Assembly: GCA_964016885.1 (NCBI GenBank)
Contig: OZ024749.1
Location: forward strand, 20,770,001 to 20,834,000
Origin: Eledone cirrhosa
Lineage: Eukaryota
DNA length: 64,000 nt
Reading direction: 5' to 3'
The position numbers and the translations under genes were made by a program. Position 1 is the stretch's first letter, and every line of letters begins with the position of its first letter. A model generated the notes under the pieces. The model did not search any database. It worked only from the letters and a program-made list of their open reading frames with translations, and was not told where the DNA came from. Shown here one piece after another: positions 28,690 to 43,700 of the stretch.

Positions 28690-31600
28690 ATAGTTGCGTT
28701 GTTGTGGGAATTGTTGATAAGTTGTGTTGTGAGAACTGTTATTATAGTTGTGTTGTGGGAACTGTTGTTGTGGGAACTTTTAGTATAGTTGTGTTGTGGG
28801 AACTGTTGATATAGTTGTGTTGTTGTGGGAACTGTTGATATAGTTGTGTTGCTGTGGGAACTGTTGATATAGTTGTGTTGTTGTGGGAACTGTTGATATA
28901 GTTGTGTTGTTGTGGGAACTGTTGATATAGTTGTGTTGTTGTGAGAACTGTTGATATAGTTGTGTTGTTGTGGGAACTGTTGATATAGTTGTGTTGTTGT
29001 GGGAACTGTTGATATAGTTGTGTTGTTGTGAGAACTGTTGATATAGTTGTATTGTTGTGGGAACTGTTGTTGTGGGAACTGTTGATATAGTTGTGTTGTT
29101 GTGGGAACTGCTGATAAGTTGTGTTGTGGGAACTGTTGATATAGTTGTGTTGTTGTGGGAACTGTTGATATAGTTGTGTTGTTGTGGGAACTGTTGATAT
29201 AGTTGTGTTGTTGTGAGAACTGTTGATATAGTTGTATTGTTGTGAGAACTGTTGATATAGTTGTGTTGTTGTGGGAACTGTTGATATAGTTGTGTTGTTG
29301 TGGGAACTGTTGTTGTGGGAACTGTTGTTGTGGGAACTGTTGATATAGTTGTGTTGTTGTGGGAACTGCTGATAAGTTGTGTTGTGGGAACTGTTGATAT
29401 AGTTGTGTTGTTGTGGGAACTGTTGATATAGTTGTGTTGTTGTAGCAACTGTTGATATAGTTGTGTTGTTGTGGGAACTGTTGATATAGTTGTGTTGTTG
29501 TGGGAACTGTTGATATAGTTGTGTTGTTGTGGGAACTGTTGATATAGTTGTGTTGTTGTGGGAACTGTTGATATAGTTGTGTTGTTGTGGGAACTGTTAG
29601 TATAGTTGTGTTGTGAGAACTGTTGATATAGTTGTGTTGTTGTGGGAACTGTTAGTATAGTTGTGTTGTGAGAACTGTTAGTGTAGTTGTGTTGTTGTGG
29701 GAACTGTTGATATAGTTGTGTTGTTGTGGGAACTGTTGATATAGTTGTGTTGTTGTGGGAACTGTTAGTATAGTTGTGTTGTTGTGGGAACTGTTGATAT
29801 AGTTGTGTTGTTGTGAGAACTGTTGATATAGTTGTGTTGTTGTGGGAACTGTTGATATAGTTGTGTTGTTGTGAGAACTGTTGATATAGTTGTGTTGTTG
29901 TGGGAACTGTTGATATAGTTGTGTTGTTGTGGGAACTGTTAGTATAGTTGTGTTGTGAGAACTGTTGATATAGTTGTGTTGTTGTGGGAACTGTTGATAT
30001 AGTTGTGTTGTTGTGAGAACTGTTGATATAGTTGTGTTGTTGTGGGAACTGTTGATATAGTTGTGTTGTTGTGAGAACTGTTGATATAGTTGTGTTGTTG
30101 TGGGAACTGTTAGTATAGTTGTGTTGTGAGAACTGTTAGTGTAGTTGTGTTGTTGTGGGAACTGTTGATATAGTTGTGTTGTTGTGAGAACTGTTGATAT
30201 AGTTGTGTTGTTGTGGGAACTGTTGATATAGTTGTGTTGTTGTGGGAACTGTTGATATAGTTGTGTTGTTGTGGGAACTGTTGATATAGTTGTGTTGTTG
30301 TGGGAACTGTTAGTATAGTTGTGTTGTTGTGAGAACTGTTGATATAGTTGTGTTGTTGTGGGAACTGTTAGTATAGTTGTGTTGTGAGAACTGTTAGTGT
30401 AGTTGTGTTGTTGTGGGAACTGTTGATATAGTTGTGTTGTTGTGAGAACTGTTGATATAGTTGTGTTGTTGTGGGAACTGTTGATATAGTTGTGTTGTTG
30501 TGGGAACTGTTGATATAGTTGTGTTGTTGTGGGAACTGTTGATATAGTTGTGTTGTTGTGGGAACTGTTAGTATAGTTGTGTTGTGAGAACTGTTGATAT
30601 AGTTGTGTTGTTGTGGGAACTGTTAGTATAGTTGTGTTGTGAGAACTGTTAGTGTAGTTGTGTTGTTGTAGGAACTGTTGATATAGTTGTGTTGTTGTGG
30701 GAACTGTTGATATAGTTGTGTTGTTGTGGGAACTGTTAGTATAGTTGTGTTGTTGTGGGAACTGTTGATATAGTTGTGTTGTTGTGAGAACTGTTGATAT
30801 AGTTGTGTTGTTGTGGGAACTGTTGATATAGTTGTGTTGTTGTGGGAACTGTTAGTATAGTTGTGTTGTGAGAACTGTTGATATAGTTGTGTTGTTGTGA
30901 GAACTGTTGATATAGTTGTGTTGTTGTGAGAACTGTTGATATAGTTGTGTTGTTGTGGGAACTGTTAGTATAGTTGTGTTGTGAGAACTGTTAGTGTAGT
31001 TGTGTTGTTGTGGGAACTGTTGATATAGTTGTGTTGTTGTGAGAACTGTTGATATAGTTGTGTTGTTGTGGGAACTGTTAGTATAGTTGTGTTGTGAGAA
31101 CTGTTGATATAGTTGTGTTGTTGTGGGAACTGTTGATATAGTTGTGTTGTTGTGAGAACTGTTGATATAGTTGTGTTGTTGTGGGAACTGTTGATATAGT
31201 TGTGTTGTTGTGAGAACTGTTGATATAGTTGTGTTGTTGTGGGAACTGTTAGTATAGTTGTGTTGTGAGAACTGTTAGTGTAGTTGTGTTGTTGTGGGAA
31301 CTGTTGATATAGTTGTGTTGTTGTGAGAACTGTTGATATAGTTGTGTTGTTGTGGGAACTGTTGATATAGTTGTGTTGTTGTGGGAACTGTTAGTATAGT
31401 TGTGTTGTGAGAACTGTTGATATAGTTGTGTTGTTGTGGGAACTGTTAGTATAGTTGTGTTGTGAGAACTGTTAGTGTAGTTGTGTTGTTGTGGGAACTG
31501 TTGATATAGTTGTGTTGTTGTGGGAACTGTTGATATAGTTGTGTTGTTGTGGGAACTGTTGATATAGTTGTGTTGTGAGAACTGTTGTTGTGGGAACTGT

Positions 31601-33440
31601 TGATATAGTTGTGTTGTGAGAACTGTTGTTGTGGGAACTGTTGATATAGTTGTGTTGTTGTGGGAACTGTTAGTATAGTTGTGTTGTGAGAACTGTTGAT
31701 ATAGTTGTGTTGTTGTGGGAACTGTTGATATAGTTGTGTTGTTGTGAGAACTGTTGATATAGTTGTGTTGTTGTGGGAACTGTTGATATAGTTGTGTTGT
31801 TGTGAGAACTGTTGATATAGTTGTGTTGTTGTGGGAACTGTTAGTATAGTTGTGTTGTGAGAACTGTTAGTGTAGTTGTGTTGTTGTGGGAACTGTTGAT
31901 ATAGTTGTGTTGTTGTGAGAACTGTTGATATAGTTGTGTTGTTGTGGGAACTGTTAGTATAGTTGTGTTGTGAGAACTGTTGATATAGTTGTGTTGTTGT
32001 GGGAACTGTTGATATAGTTGTGTTGTTGTGAGAACTGTTGATATAGTTGTGTTGTTGTGGGAACTGTTGATATAGTTGTGTTGTTGTGAGAACTGTTGAT
32101 ATAGTTGTGTTGTTGTGGGAACTGTTAGTATAGTTGTGTTGTGAGAACTGTTAGTGTAGTTGTGTTGTTGTGGGAACTGTTGATATAGTTGTGTTGTTGT
32201 GAGAACTGTTGATATAGTTGTGTTGTTGTGGGAACTGTTGATATAGTTGTGTTGTTGTGGGAACTGTTAGTATAGTTGTGTTGTGAGAACTGTTGATATA
32301 GTTGTGTTGTTGTGGGAACTGTTAGTATAGTTGTGTTGTGAGAACTGTTAGTGTAGTTGTGTTGTTGTGGGAACTGTTGATATAGTTGTGTTGTTGTGGG
32401 AACTGTTGATATAGTTGTGTTGTTGTGGGAACTGTTGATATAGTTGTGTTGTGAGAACTGTTGTTGTGGGAACTGTTGATATAGTTGTGTTGTTGTGGGA
32501 ACTGTTAGTATAGTTGTGTTGTGAGAACTGTTGATATAGTTGTGTTGTTGTGGGAACTGTTGATATAGTTGTGTTGTTGTGAGAACTGTTGATATAGTTG
32601 TGTTGTTGTGGGAACTGTTGATATAGTTGTGTTGTTGTGAGAACTGTTGATATAGTTGTGTTGTTGTGGGAACTGTTAGTATAGTTGTGTTGTGAGAACT
32701 GTTAGTGTAGTTGTGTTGTTGTGGGAACTGTTGATATAGTTGTGTTGTTGTGAGAACTGTTGATATAGTTGTGTTGTTGTGGGAACTGTTAGTATAGTTG
32801 TGTTGTGAGAACTGTTGATATAGTTGTGTTGTTGTGGGAACTGTTGATATAGTTGTGTTGTTGTGAGAACTGTTGATATAGTTGTGTTGTTGTGGGAACT
32901 GTTGATATAGTTGTGTTGTTGTGAGAACTGTTGATATAGTTGTGTTGTTGTGGGAACTGTTAGTATAGTTGTGTTGTGAGAACTGTTAGTGTAGTTGTGT
33001 TGTTGTGGGAACTGTTGATATAGTTGTGTTGTTGTGAGAACTGTTGATATAGTTGTGTTGTTGTGGGAACTGTTGATATAGTTGTGTTGTTGTGGGAACT
33101 GTTAGTATAGTTGTGTTGTGAGAACTGTTGATATAGTTGTGTTGTTGTGGGAACTGTTAGTATAGTTGTGTTGTGAGAACTGTTAGTGTAGTTGTGTTGT
33201 TGTGGGAACTGTTGATATAGTTGTGTTGTTGTGGGAACTGTTGATATAGTTGTGTTGTTGTGGGAACTGTTGATATAGTTGTGTTGTGAGAACTGTTGTT
33301 GTGGGAACTGTTGATATAGTTGTGTTGTGAGAACTGTTGTTGTGGGAACTGTTGATATAGTTGTGTTGTTGTGGGAACTGTTAGTATAGTTGTGTTGTGA
33401 GAACTGTTGATATAGTTGTGTTGTTGTGGGAACTGTTGAT
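28690..33440. repeat. 29-bp minisatellite (with 26-bp variants), 4.7 kb, showing higher-order periodicity
   Basis: Unit GTTGTGTTGTTGTGGGAACTGTTGATATA. Confidence 0.97.
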
Positions 33441-33479
33441 AGAGCTATTCATTCAGTCAAAGACAACACTTATCACAAC

Positions 33480-33655
33480 CACTACTAACACCACCAGCAC
33501 AAACATCAGACCACCACCACTACCACTACTACTACTACTACCATTACTACTACTTTTACTACTACTACTACTGCTACTACTTCTACTACCACTACTACTA
33601 CTACCACCACTACTACTACTACCCCTACTACCACCACAACTACTACTACTACTAA

Positions 33656-33725
<70 letters not shown>

Positions 33726-33772
33726 GCTACTACTACTACCACTAGCACTTCTACTACCACTACCACCACTAT

Positions 33773-33820
<48 letters not shown>

Positions 33821-34445
33821 CACTTCTGCTACTACCACTACCACTTCTACTACTACTACTACCACCACCACCACCACTACTACTACTACTACTACGACTA
33901 CTACTAGCTTTAGTCTCCCCCTCATTCTTTCTTTCACTGAACAAAATTATGATAAAAGAAATATTACTTCTGAAAATGGAAGGAATCTGAGATTACGAGA
34001 TTAATGGAACTAGTAGGGAGGGGGAGTGGTGAGATAAAGGGAATGGGAGAGGGAGGGAGTGGTGAGAGGGGGAGCGGTGAGATAGAGGGAGTGGTGAGGG
34101 GGGAGTGCTGAGATAGAGGGAGTGGGGGGGAGTGGTGAGAGGGGGAGTGGTGAGATAGAGGGAGTGAGGGAGGGAGTGGTGAGAGGGGGAGTGGTGATAT
34201 AGAGGGAGTGGGAGAGGGAGGGAGTGGTGAGAGGGGGAGTGGTGAGAGGGGGAGGGGGAGTGGTGAGAGGGGGAGGGGGAGAGGGGGAGTGGTGAGAGAG
34301 AGGGTAGGGGGTGAGAGGAAGAAAAGACTTAGTGAGAGAGACAGTGGGATAGAGAGAGAAAGAGAGAGGGAGAGGGAGAGTGAGAGAGAGCGAGAAAGAG
34401 AGGTTGAAGAGGGAAGGAGTGAACGAGAGAGAGAGAGAGAGAGAT
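33480..34445. repeat. (CTA/CCA)n tract followed by a GA-rich tract
   Basis: Simple repeats. Confidence 0.9.
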
Positions 34446-34569
34446 TCTAGAAACACTTAGAAAGATTCCTACTTTACATCTGTTGAAATCCTCTTACAGA
34501 TGACAAGATGACAACAGATCAAACTGACAGAAAGTTGACAACAACAACAACAACAACAACAATGTTATA

Positions 34570-35795
34570 TACTTTAAGCACAAGGCCAGCAATTTGAAGG
34601 GGTAACTCGGTTAAATCGACTCCAGTGTGTTACTGGTACCTTATTTTATCAACCCTGTAAGGATGAAAGGCAAAGCACACCTCAGTGGGATTTGAACTCA
34701 GAACATAAAGGGCCGTAACTCTATACCACGAAGCAAGGTGTACGACGCTCTACCGATACGGCCGTTGATTAAATCTACCCAGCGCCTTACTGGTACTTTA
34801 TTTTATCGGCCTTGTTAGGATGAAAGGATTGTAATTAAAAATAATTGTTTCTACGTTTGGCACAAGGCCAGCAATTGCCCCAGTGCATTACTGGTACTTT
34901 ATTTTATCGACCCTGTAAGAATGAAAGGCAAAGTTAATCTCGGCGGGATTTGAACTCAGAATGGCAAGGGCCGTAACTCTATGCGTCAAAGCATGGTGTC
35001 CGACCCTCTACCGATACTGCCAATCCACCATTGATTAAATCTACCACAGTGCATTACTGGTATTTTATTTTATCGGCCCCGTAAGGATGAAAGGAGTGTA
35101 ATAAAAAATATGGTCTCTGATTCCGGCCCAAGACCAACAATTTTGGGCGAGAGGGAAGTCGATTAAATCGACCCCAGCGCGTTACTGGTATTTTATTTTA
35201 TCGGCCTTGTTAGGATGAAAGGATTGTAATTAAAAACAATGGTCTCTGATTTAAGCACAAGTCTAACGATTTTAGTGTGGGAAGAAACGATTATATCGGA
35301 CCCCAGGTTTTTACTGGTATTTTTATTTTATCGATACGGTAAAATGAAATTTAACCTCGGCGAGATTCGAACTCAGAACGTTAAGAAACAGAAAAATAAA
35401 ATTGTTTCTGATATAGGCACAAGGCCAACAATTTTAGGAGAGGGGAAAGTATATTAAATCGACCCCAGTGCATTACTGGTACTTTATTTTATCGACCCTG
35501 GCAAAACTAACCTCGGCGGGATTTGAACTCTGACCGTAAAGGACGGTAACTACATGTCGCAAATCATATTGTCCGACGCTCTAACGATATTGCAAATCCA
35601 GCGCCTTTAAATGGTTTCTGATTTAGGCACAAGAGTAACAATTTGGGGAAAGTAACGATAGGAAAGTCGGTCAAATCTATCCCAGTACATTATTGGTACT
35701 TTATTTTATCGACCCCGTAAAGGATGAAAAGCAAAGCTACCTGCGATGGGATTTGAACTCAGATCGTAAAGGGCCATAACTCTATGCTGCAAAAT
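34570..35795 (-). mobile_element. Tandem cluster of full and partial SINE copies (about 8)
   Basis: Repeated TTACTGGTACTTTATTTTATCGACCC / GGATTTGAACTCAG. Confidence 0.8.
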
Positions 35796-36186
35796 AAATA
35801 AGCGATACTAAGACAAAGAAAAATAATCGGGAAGAGAAGTCAAATAGAAATCCGACTGGATGGAGCGACAGGAAAACTTAGATGGAAGAGGCGGGGTGAG
35901 AGAGGATTACAAGATCTTTTTTAAATCTAATATGTTACAGGATGAAGACATATTTTATATAATAATTTCTACAAAATATTTGGTTGTCAACATGATGGCG
36001 ATTACTTATTTTATGATTCGACATTGTGGTGACAGACAATCAACATATATATATATACACACACACATATATATATATACACACTCACACATATACACAC
36101 ACATACACACACACTATATATATGTACACATATATATGTACACACACATATATATATATACACATGCATACACATACACACACACA

Positions 36187-36225
<39 letters not shown>

Positions 36226-36226
<1 letters not shown>

Positions 36227-36440
36227 CATGGTGGCTGCCAACTCATTTTCGAGTACGGCCACTACTTTATATCCATGTAGGAGAACCCCTACCGATGCGC
36301 TGAACGAGTGTGACTTTTTAGTCCAGCCAGCAACTTGAAAACTCTGGTACAAACACTACACTTGTGACAATTATTGACACATAGTGCTGGGCCCATGGTA
36401 CCATGTGACGACAAGTGCAGAGAGATCTCCAGATATAAAG
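36226..36440 (-). mobile_element. RTE-type LINE 3' end
   Basis: Minus strand translates to KCSVCTRVFKLLAGLKSHTRSAHR* (C-terminal C2H2), followed by a short 3' UTR and a microsatellite tail. Confidence 0.6.
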
Positions 36441-36659
36441 CAATGCCTGTGCCGTGAAGCTTTTATAGTGAGCAAAGGCACTGCACAAAGCCAGTCCCAC
36501 TCTCTTAACCAAGATGATATTTACCAAAAAGAAGAACAAGTCAACATCATTGGATACCATCAGGGTTGCAGGTGTTATATCAAAGTTTTCCTTCTCCTAG
36601 AATTCTGCCTTGACAAAGGCTAAGGGGTCTTCTCTCCCGGTGATTTTGGATGGCCATCT

Positions 36660-37268
36660 TGTTGAGACCTTCAAGATAGTAAAGAATCACCTGTACTCTA
36701 CCAACATGCTAAAATAGAACATAAGGGTAAATTAGAGAACATAGAAATAAAAATAGAATCTACACACAGAAAAGAAGCAATGTTTAGACAAATCACAGAG
36801 GCAATAAACATAAAAGAATTACAACCAAAATTAAATAGAAAACATGAGTGGAACAGCAACATCACAACTTACAATTAAGGACAAAATGAAAACACACACG
36901 CACATAGAACAAACAACCAACCAGTAACATGTAAATAAACAAATAAATAAACGAATATAAACACACACAGACACCCGGATGTGGCACATGCGCAGACTGA
37001 GCACACAACACACACACAGAAACAAGATGGCGTAGGACAGAACAAAGGAGAGGCACAAAAACAAAGAAAAGAATCCCCAGTCACTCAAGAGGTCATAGAA
37101 TGTGTGACGAAAGAACTTTGACAATATATAAACAACCATCTGGTTGTGGAACCAACTAACCAACCGGAAATTTATAAATTCCTAAATTTATAAATTTATT
37201 ATAATAAATTGAAGTGAAAGCAACTGGTGCGTGTGTTTCTTATTGGCAACATGACCCTCCCAAAGTAT

Positions 37269-37275
<7 letters not shown>
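36660..37275 (+). mobile_element. 3' fragment of the PLE family at 11230-11900, with mutated hammerhead (CUCAAGA, 37079-37123)
   Basis: Reverse complement of ~11288-11897; ends in (TA)n. Confidence 0.9.
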
Positions 37276-37334
<59 letters not shown>

Positions 37335-37877
37335 CTGCCGTCCGTCGAGTTTGACTTGGTAGTAAGTACCATATATATTCACTAAGGCCTTTAGATGCTC
37401 ATGCAGTTCCCAACAGACACAGACACTCTCGCGACACTTCCTCCTTTGATACAGGGCAACCTCCAGGATGTGAGAGGTGGAATGAAAGAGAGGGCAGCTC
37501 AAATTCTGAACCGGTACTTTCTATATCGACCCCAAAAGGACAAAAGGCAAAACGGCTCTCCATAGGATTTGAACTCAGAACGCAGGGGCCTGAAATACAT
37601 CTAACGACATAGTCGAATCGACCACATTAAGGGTGAATGGATATATGAGCCCATCAAATATCTATACATGTTTCCCTGTGGTTGTTTGGATGATATGCAC
37701 GCCCTCTGGTGCATATCATCCAATCAGTTTTTTCAATTTACAGGGAAATTCGTTTTTTCTGGTATGTTTACATGCCTAAATATTAAATATGTGTATATTT
37801 GTATTCAGATTGGTGTAGCCCCAGTTACCCAATCTGTATGTATACAGATATAACTTTATCGTATACTTCGGCTGCTA

Positions 37878-37911
<34 letters not shown>

Positions 37912-38453
37912 GTTAAGGCAACCACGTCACCTTTTTGCCATACTAAGAGTGAGAAATGAAATTTCGTTTTCATTTTGTTTCAATTTATCGTTTTCGGTAT
38001 GCCTGACCGATTTAACTCACTCAATATGCAAATTAGGCTGCTCAGCCGTTAATTTTCATAAGGAAAGTATATACTTTCGAACGTTCAACTATCTGGCAGA
38101 TGGGTAAACGGTGCTGATGATAGCTAACAAGCTTGAAACTAGTACATCGTTCCTGTGTCAGTGTTGAACAAAAAGGTGACGTGGTTGCCTTAACACCGTA
38201 TGGCATAAATTCAGGCTGTTCAGTTTGTTTACAAACGAACAAAGCGACGTTAGCGCCGCTAAACTGATACGTGCATATATGTATGTGTACCTGTATGCAT
38301 ATGTATATATATATGTATATATATATATATATGTGCATGCTACTGTACGTCTGTATACATATATGTATGTACGTATACATGCATACTTACATTTAAGTAA
38401 GTGCCATACTAAGAGTGAGAAATGAAATTTCGTTTTCATTTTGTTTCAATTTA
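37912..38453 (+). mobile_element. Non-coding PLE/retrozyme-like unit (~465 bp) with terminal direct repeat and a short 5' inversion
   Basis: Direct repeat 37938-37988/38403-38453; 37912-37937 is the reverse complement of 38168-38194; contains a hammerhead; (TA)n flanks. Confidence 0.75.
38107..38151 (+). ncRNA. Type I hammerhead ribozyme (minimal)
   Basis: AACGGUG-CUGAUGA-u-AGCU aaca AGCU-u-GAAA-CUAG-UA-CAUCGUU; 7-bp stem I and palindromic stem III. Confidence 0.85.
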
Positions 38454-38813
38454 TATATATATATATATATATATAAATTATTAAACATTAATGAATAAAC
38501 AAAGAAACAGTTCCTTATATTAAACAAAAAAAGTTCATTATTTTACGATCGTTTCTAGGATATATATGTGTTAGAATTGGTATGCATATTCTATAGATCT
38601 ATGTACAATATTTATACAAACTATCAGAGGGAATATACATACCTTCACATATATATGCTGTCTTTATCTTGACTCTGTTTTCCGTTTATTTTTCACCGAA
38701 GTAGTTTTTGAATGCATCTTCTCTTTTCATGATATCCGGATTACATTGAGTTCTTCATACGGATTGGACACTACCGTAAACTTTTGGTAGATTTATCTAT
38801 ATATATATATATT

Positions 38814-38928
<115 letters not shown>

Positions 38929-38967
38929 ATATATAAATATATATATTTATATATATATATTTATATA

Positions 38968-39054
<87 letters not shown>

Positions 39055-39078
39055 ATATGTGAAAAATCACTAAATAGT

Positions 39079-39124
39079 TGCTCCGAAGAATCCAAACCTC
39101 GGTTTGGAGGAAACATTGTAAGCA
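39079..39124 (+). ncRNA. Hammerhead variant (CCGAAGA) in a ~110-bp island within (TA)n
   Basis: UGCU-CCGAAGA-a-UCCAAAC cucg GUUUGGA-g-GAAA-CAUUG-UA-AGCA. Confidence 0.7.
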
Positions 39125-39160
39125 GATAAATGATTTAAACTGAACTTTGATTCATGAAGT

Positions 39161-39200
<40 letters not shown>

Positions 39201-39489
39201 TTATATATATATATAAATATATATATAAATATATATATATATTTATATATATATATAAATATATATATAAATATATATATATATTGTTATACAATATCGG
39301 TTTCAACACACGATTTCAGATAAAGAATCTTGCTAAACAAATTCAGAAACGAAATATATATATATAAATATATATATATAAATATATATATATATAAATA
39401 TATATATATATAAATATATATATAAATATATATATATATATAAATATATATATATATAAATATATATATATATAAATATATATATAAAT

Positions 39490-39524
<35 letters not shown>

Positions 39525-39573
39525 AATATATAGATATATATAAATATATAGATATATATAAATATATATATAT

Positions 39574-39774
<201 letters not shown>

Positions 39775-39810
39775 TATATATTTATATATATATATTTATA
39801 TATATATATT

Positions 39811-39841
<31 letters not shown>

Positions 39842-39844
39842 ATT

Positions 39845-39917
<73 letters not shown>

Positions 39918-39948
39918 ATATATATATATTTATATATATCTATATATT

Positions 39949-39984
<36 letters not shown>

Positions 39985-40477
39985 TATATATATATTTATA
40001 TATATATATATTTATATATATATATATTTATATATATATATATATTTATATATATATTTATATATATATATATTTATATATATATATATTTATATATATA
40101 TATTTATATATATATATTTCGTTTCTGAATTTGTTTAGCAAGATTCTTTATCTGAAATCGTGTGTTGAAACCGATATTGTATAACAATATATATATATAT
40201 TTATATATATATTTATATATATATATATTTATATATATATATTTATATATATATATTTATATATATATATATTTATATATATATTTATATATATATATAT
40301 TTATATATATATATATTTATATATATATTTATATATATATATATTTATATATATATATATTTATATATATATTTATATATATATATTTATATATATATTT
40401 ATATATATATATATTTATATATATATATATATATATTTATAAATTTATATATTTATATATATATATATTTATATATT

Positions 40478-40508
<31 letters not shown>

Positions 40509-40576
40509 TTATATATAATATATATATATTTATATATTTATATATATATTTATATATATATTTATATATATATATT

Positions 40577-40641
<65 letters not shown>

Positions 40642-40897
40642 ATATTTATATATATTTATATATATATATATATATTTATATATAGTAATAATAATAAAAT
40701 TGAAGACTAAAATCCAAAGAGGGCTCGATAAGGAAAATATATATCAAATATATTTCATAAATATATTTATATATATATATATTTATATATATATATTTAT
40801 ATATATTAATATATATATATATTTATATATATTAATATATATATATATTTATATATATTAATATATATATATATTTATATATATTAATATATATATA

Positions 40898-40983
<86 letters not shown>

Positions 40984-41132
40984 TAAGTATGTATATATAT
41001 ATTATAAAGAATCGGGACCCAACGGCCGAGCTCTTGCCGTTTCAACAGCTATCTCTGAGCAAATCGAAATAACCGAAGTAAGCTTTATTTCATCGTTATG
41101 TATTTCTGCTTTTTTTTCTGTTCAAATACTTA

Positions 41133-41191
41133 GCTGTCTGATGAGGTCATAGCTGTTGCATAATGGCAATCGTCAAAATATATATAACAGC
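41133..41191 (+). ncRNA. Degenerate hammerhead (GAAA>AAAA)
   Basis: GCUGU-CUGAUGA-..-AAAA-uauaua-UA-ACAGC; homologous to 63302-63360 and 1590-1644. Confidence 0.6.
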
Positions 41192-41236
41192 GACTATGAA
41201 TCGACGAAGTTTATTTTAACCTGTTGATTTACACTT

Positions 41237-41331
<95 letters not shown>

Positions 41332-41484
41332 TATATATGCATATATATATATGTATGTGTGTGTATGTCAAGGATCTTTCGTCACACATCCTGTGACCCA
41401 CCCAAACTATAACAATATTGTTTCAACAGACAATGAATTACAATGAAGTTATATATTAGTTTCACTTTTAATATAATAGGAAAA

Positions 41485-41523
41485 TACTTAACGTTTCGGA
41501 CGCTAGTCCTTCATCAGAAAATA
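41485..41523 (-). ncRNA. Minimal hammerhead core
   Basis: CUGAUGA-a-GGAC uagc GUCC-GAAA-CG-UU; weak stem I. Confidence 0.6.
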
Positions 41524-42790
41524 GAATGAGAAATTATATATATATATCCGTACTCAATACTGAAATAGAGTTTTAGTTCAAGTCTGATGACCCTGTGATA
41601 AACAGGCGAAACCCCAGAGTAACAAGACTAACTTTTTAGCTTTAATATAAATGAATATATATATATACAGAGAGGGAGAGAGAGAGATGGGGGGGGAGAG
41701 ATAAAGAGAGTAGGGAGGAGAGGAAGACATGTATGTATACATACATATAACCATACATACATACATACACAACCATACACATACATACACACACAGATAC
41801 ACAACCATACACATACATACATACACACACAGATACACAACCATACACATACATACATACACACACAGATGCACAACGATACACATACATACATACACAG
41901 ATACACAACCATACACATACATACATACAAACACACACACATACATACATACATAAACACACACGCACACAACCATATATACACACAAGGGTGTATACGC
42001 CCCACACACACACACACCCACACACACAACCATATACACACACAAGGGTGTATACGCCCCCCCCCCCCCCCCCCACACACACAACCATATATACACACAG
42101 GGGTGTATACGCCCCCCACCCCCACACACACAACCATATATACACACAAGGATGTATACGCCCCCCCCCCCTCCCACCCCCACCCCCACACACAACCATA
42201 TACACACACAAGGGTGTATACGCCCCCCCACCCCCACCCCCACACACACAACCATATATACACACAAGGGTGTATAACCCCCACCCACACACACACACAA
42301 CCATATACACACACAAGGGTGTATACAGAAAATATCTGAAATAAAAATTATGACAGGAAAATGTTAAACCTTTTTTTTATACCTTTGAAAAAAATGAAAA
42401 AACGGGGTTTGTGTCGATTGAGGTCTTCTGATGCAGAAATAATTTCTTAATCTCCTTTACAGAAGATTTCCCAAAACACACATCTCCAGAATATATATGT
42501 TTATGTGTGTGTAGCTATGTATGTGTATATGCGAATATGTATATAGGTGTGTATATGTATGCGTATATATGGATATGTATCTATATGTCTATATATGAGC
42601 ACATGTATATATATATAAATATGTATATATGTGTGTGTGTGCATGTGCATATGTATATATATATATATGAGTGTGTGTGTATGTCTGTACATTCTGAGTT
42701 TTGCTTCAAGATTCCTCGCCACATAAGAAAGAACCGGTTTCCAAACCAGAAACGAAGTTCTTTCAATGGAATTTAGACACCAATGGGGGA

Positions 42791-42883
<93 letters not shown>

Positions 42884-43651
42884 ACATGTATGTATGTCTG
42901 TATGTACGTGTATGTGTGAATGTGTGTATGTATGTCTGTGTATGATTGTGTATACATGTACATGTAAGCATGTCTATATGTATGCATTTATGCCTGTGTA
43001 CATATGAACGTACGCATGTATGTATGTCTGTATGTATGTAGTATATCTGTGTTTATATGAATATAATATGTATGTATATATTTTGTCTCTCTAAATGGCC
43101 TCTGGTTTTTCTCTTAAGTCCTTCTGGTAATGTGTAAACATACTAGTCTGTTATATTTCATAAATACAAGGATGTGTGAGATATTTCTTCGTGTGGTGTG
43201 ACTTCCGCTCCTTACTATAGGCCAGCTATGTCATAACCAATATTTCTTCCACAGACCCGCATATTAACAGACCCACTGATCAGTCAGATTTGCATATCAG
43301 CAGAAAGGCCAGTCAGTTTCATGTATACGAGCGATTAATGGCCGGCTTTGCCATATTCAAATAACTAACAAATAGTTTATCGCTCTACATGGCTGAATAC
43401 TATAAATGTAATCTGTGTTTTTCGAATATTAATCATAATGTTCGATTCGTTTACAATTATTTGAATATGGCAAAGCCGGCCATTAATCGCTAGTATTCAT
43501 GAAACTGACTGGCCTATCTGCTGATATGCAAATCTAGCTGATCTGTGGGTCTGCTAATATGCAGATCTCACTGATCAGGCAGTCTGTCACTGTATATTTT
43601 AGAAAATATCATATATTTTCACTAGCTCTGACAGTTGGCAGGTAAGCAGTA

Positions 43652-43700
43652 AACTGCACTGATGAATAGTAATCACCCAGAAACATTAGTGTCTGCGGTT
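43652..43700 (+). ncRNA. Type I hammerhead in module ~43255-43855
   Basis: AACUGCA-CUGAUGA-..-GAAA-CAUUAGUG-UC-UGCGGUU with degenerate stem II. The module also has inverted repeats (43257-43367/43458-43562). Confidence 0.7.
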
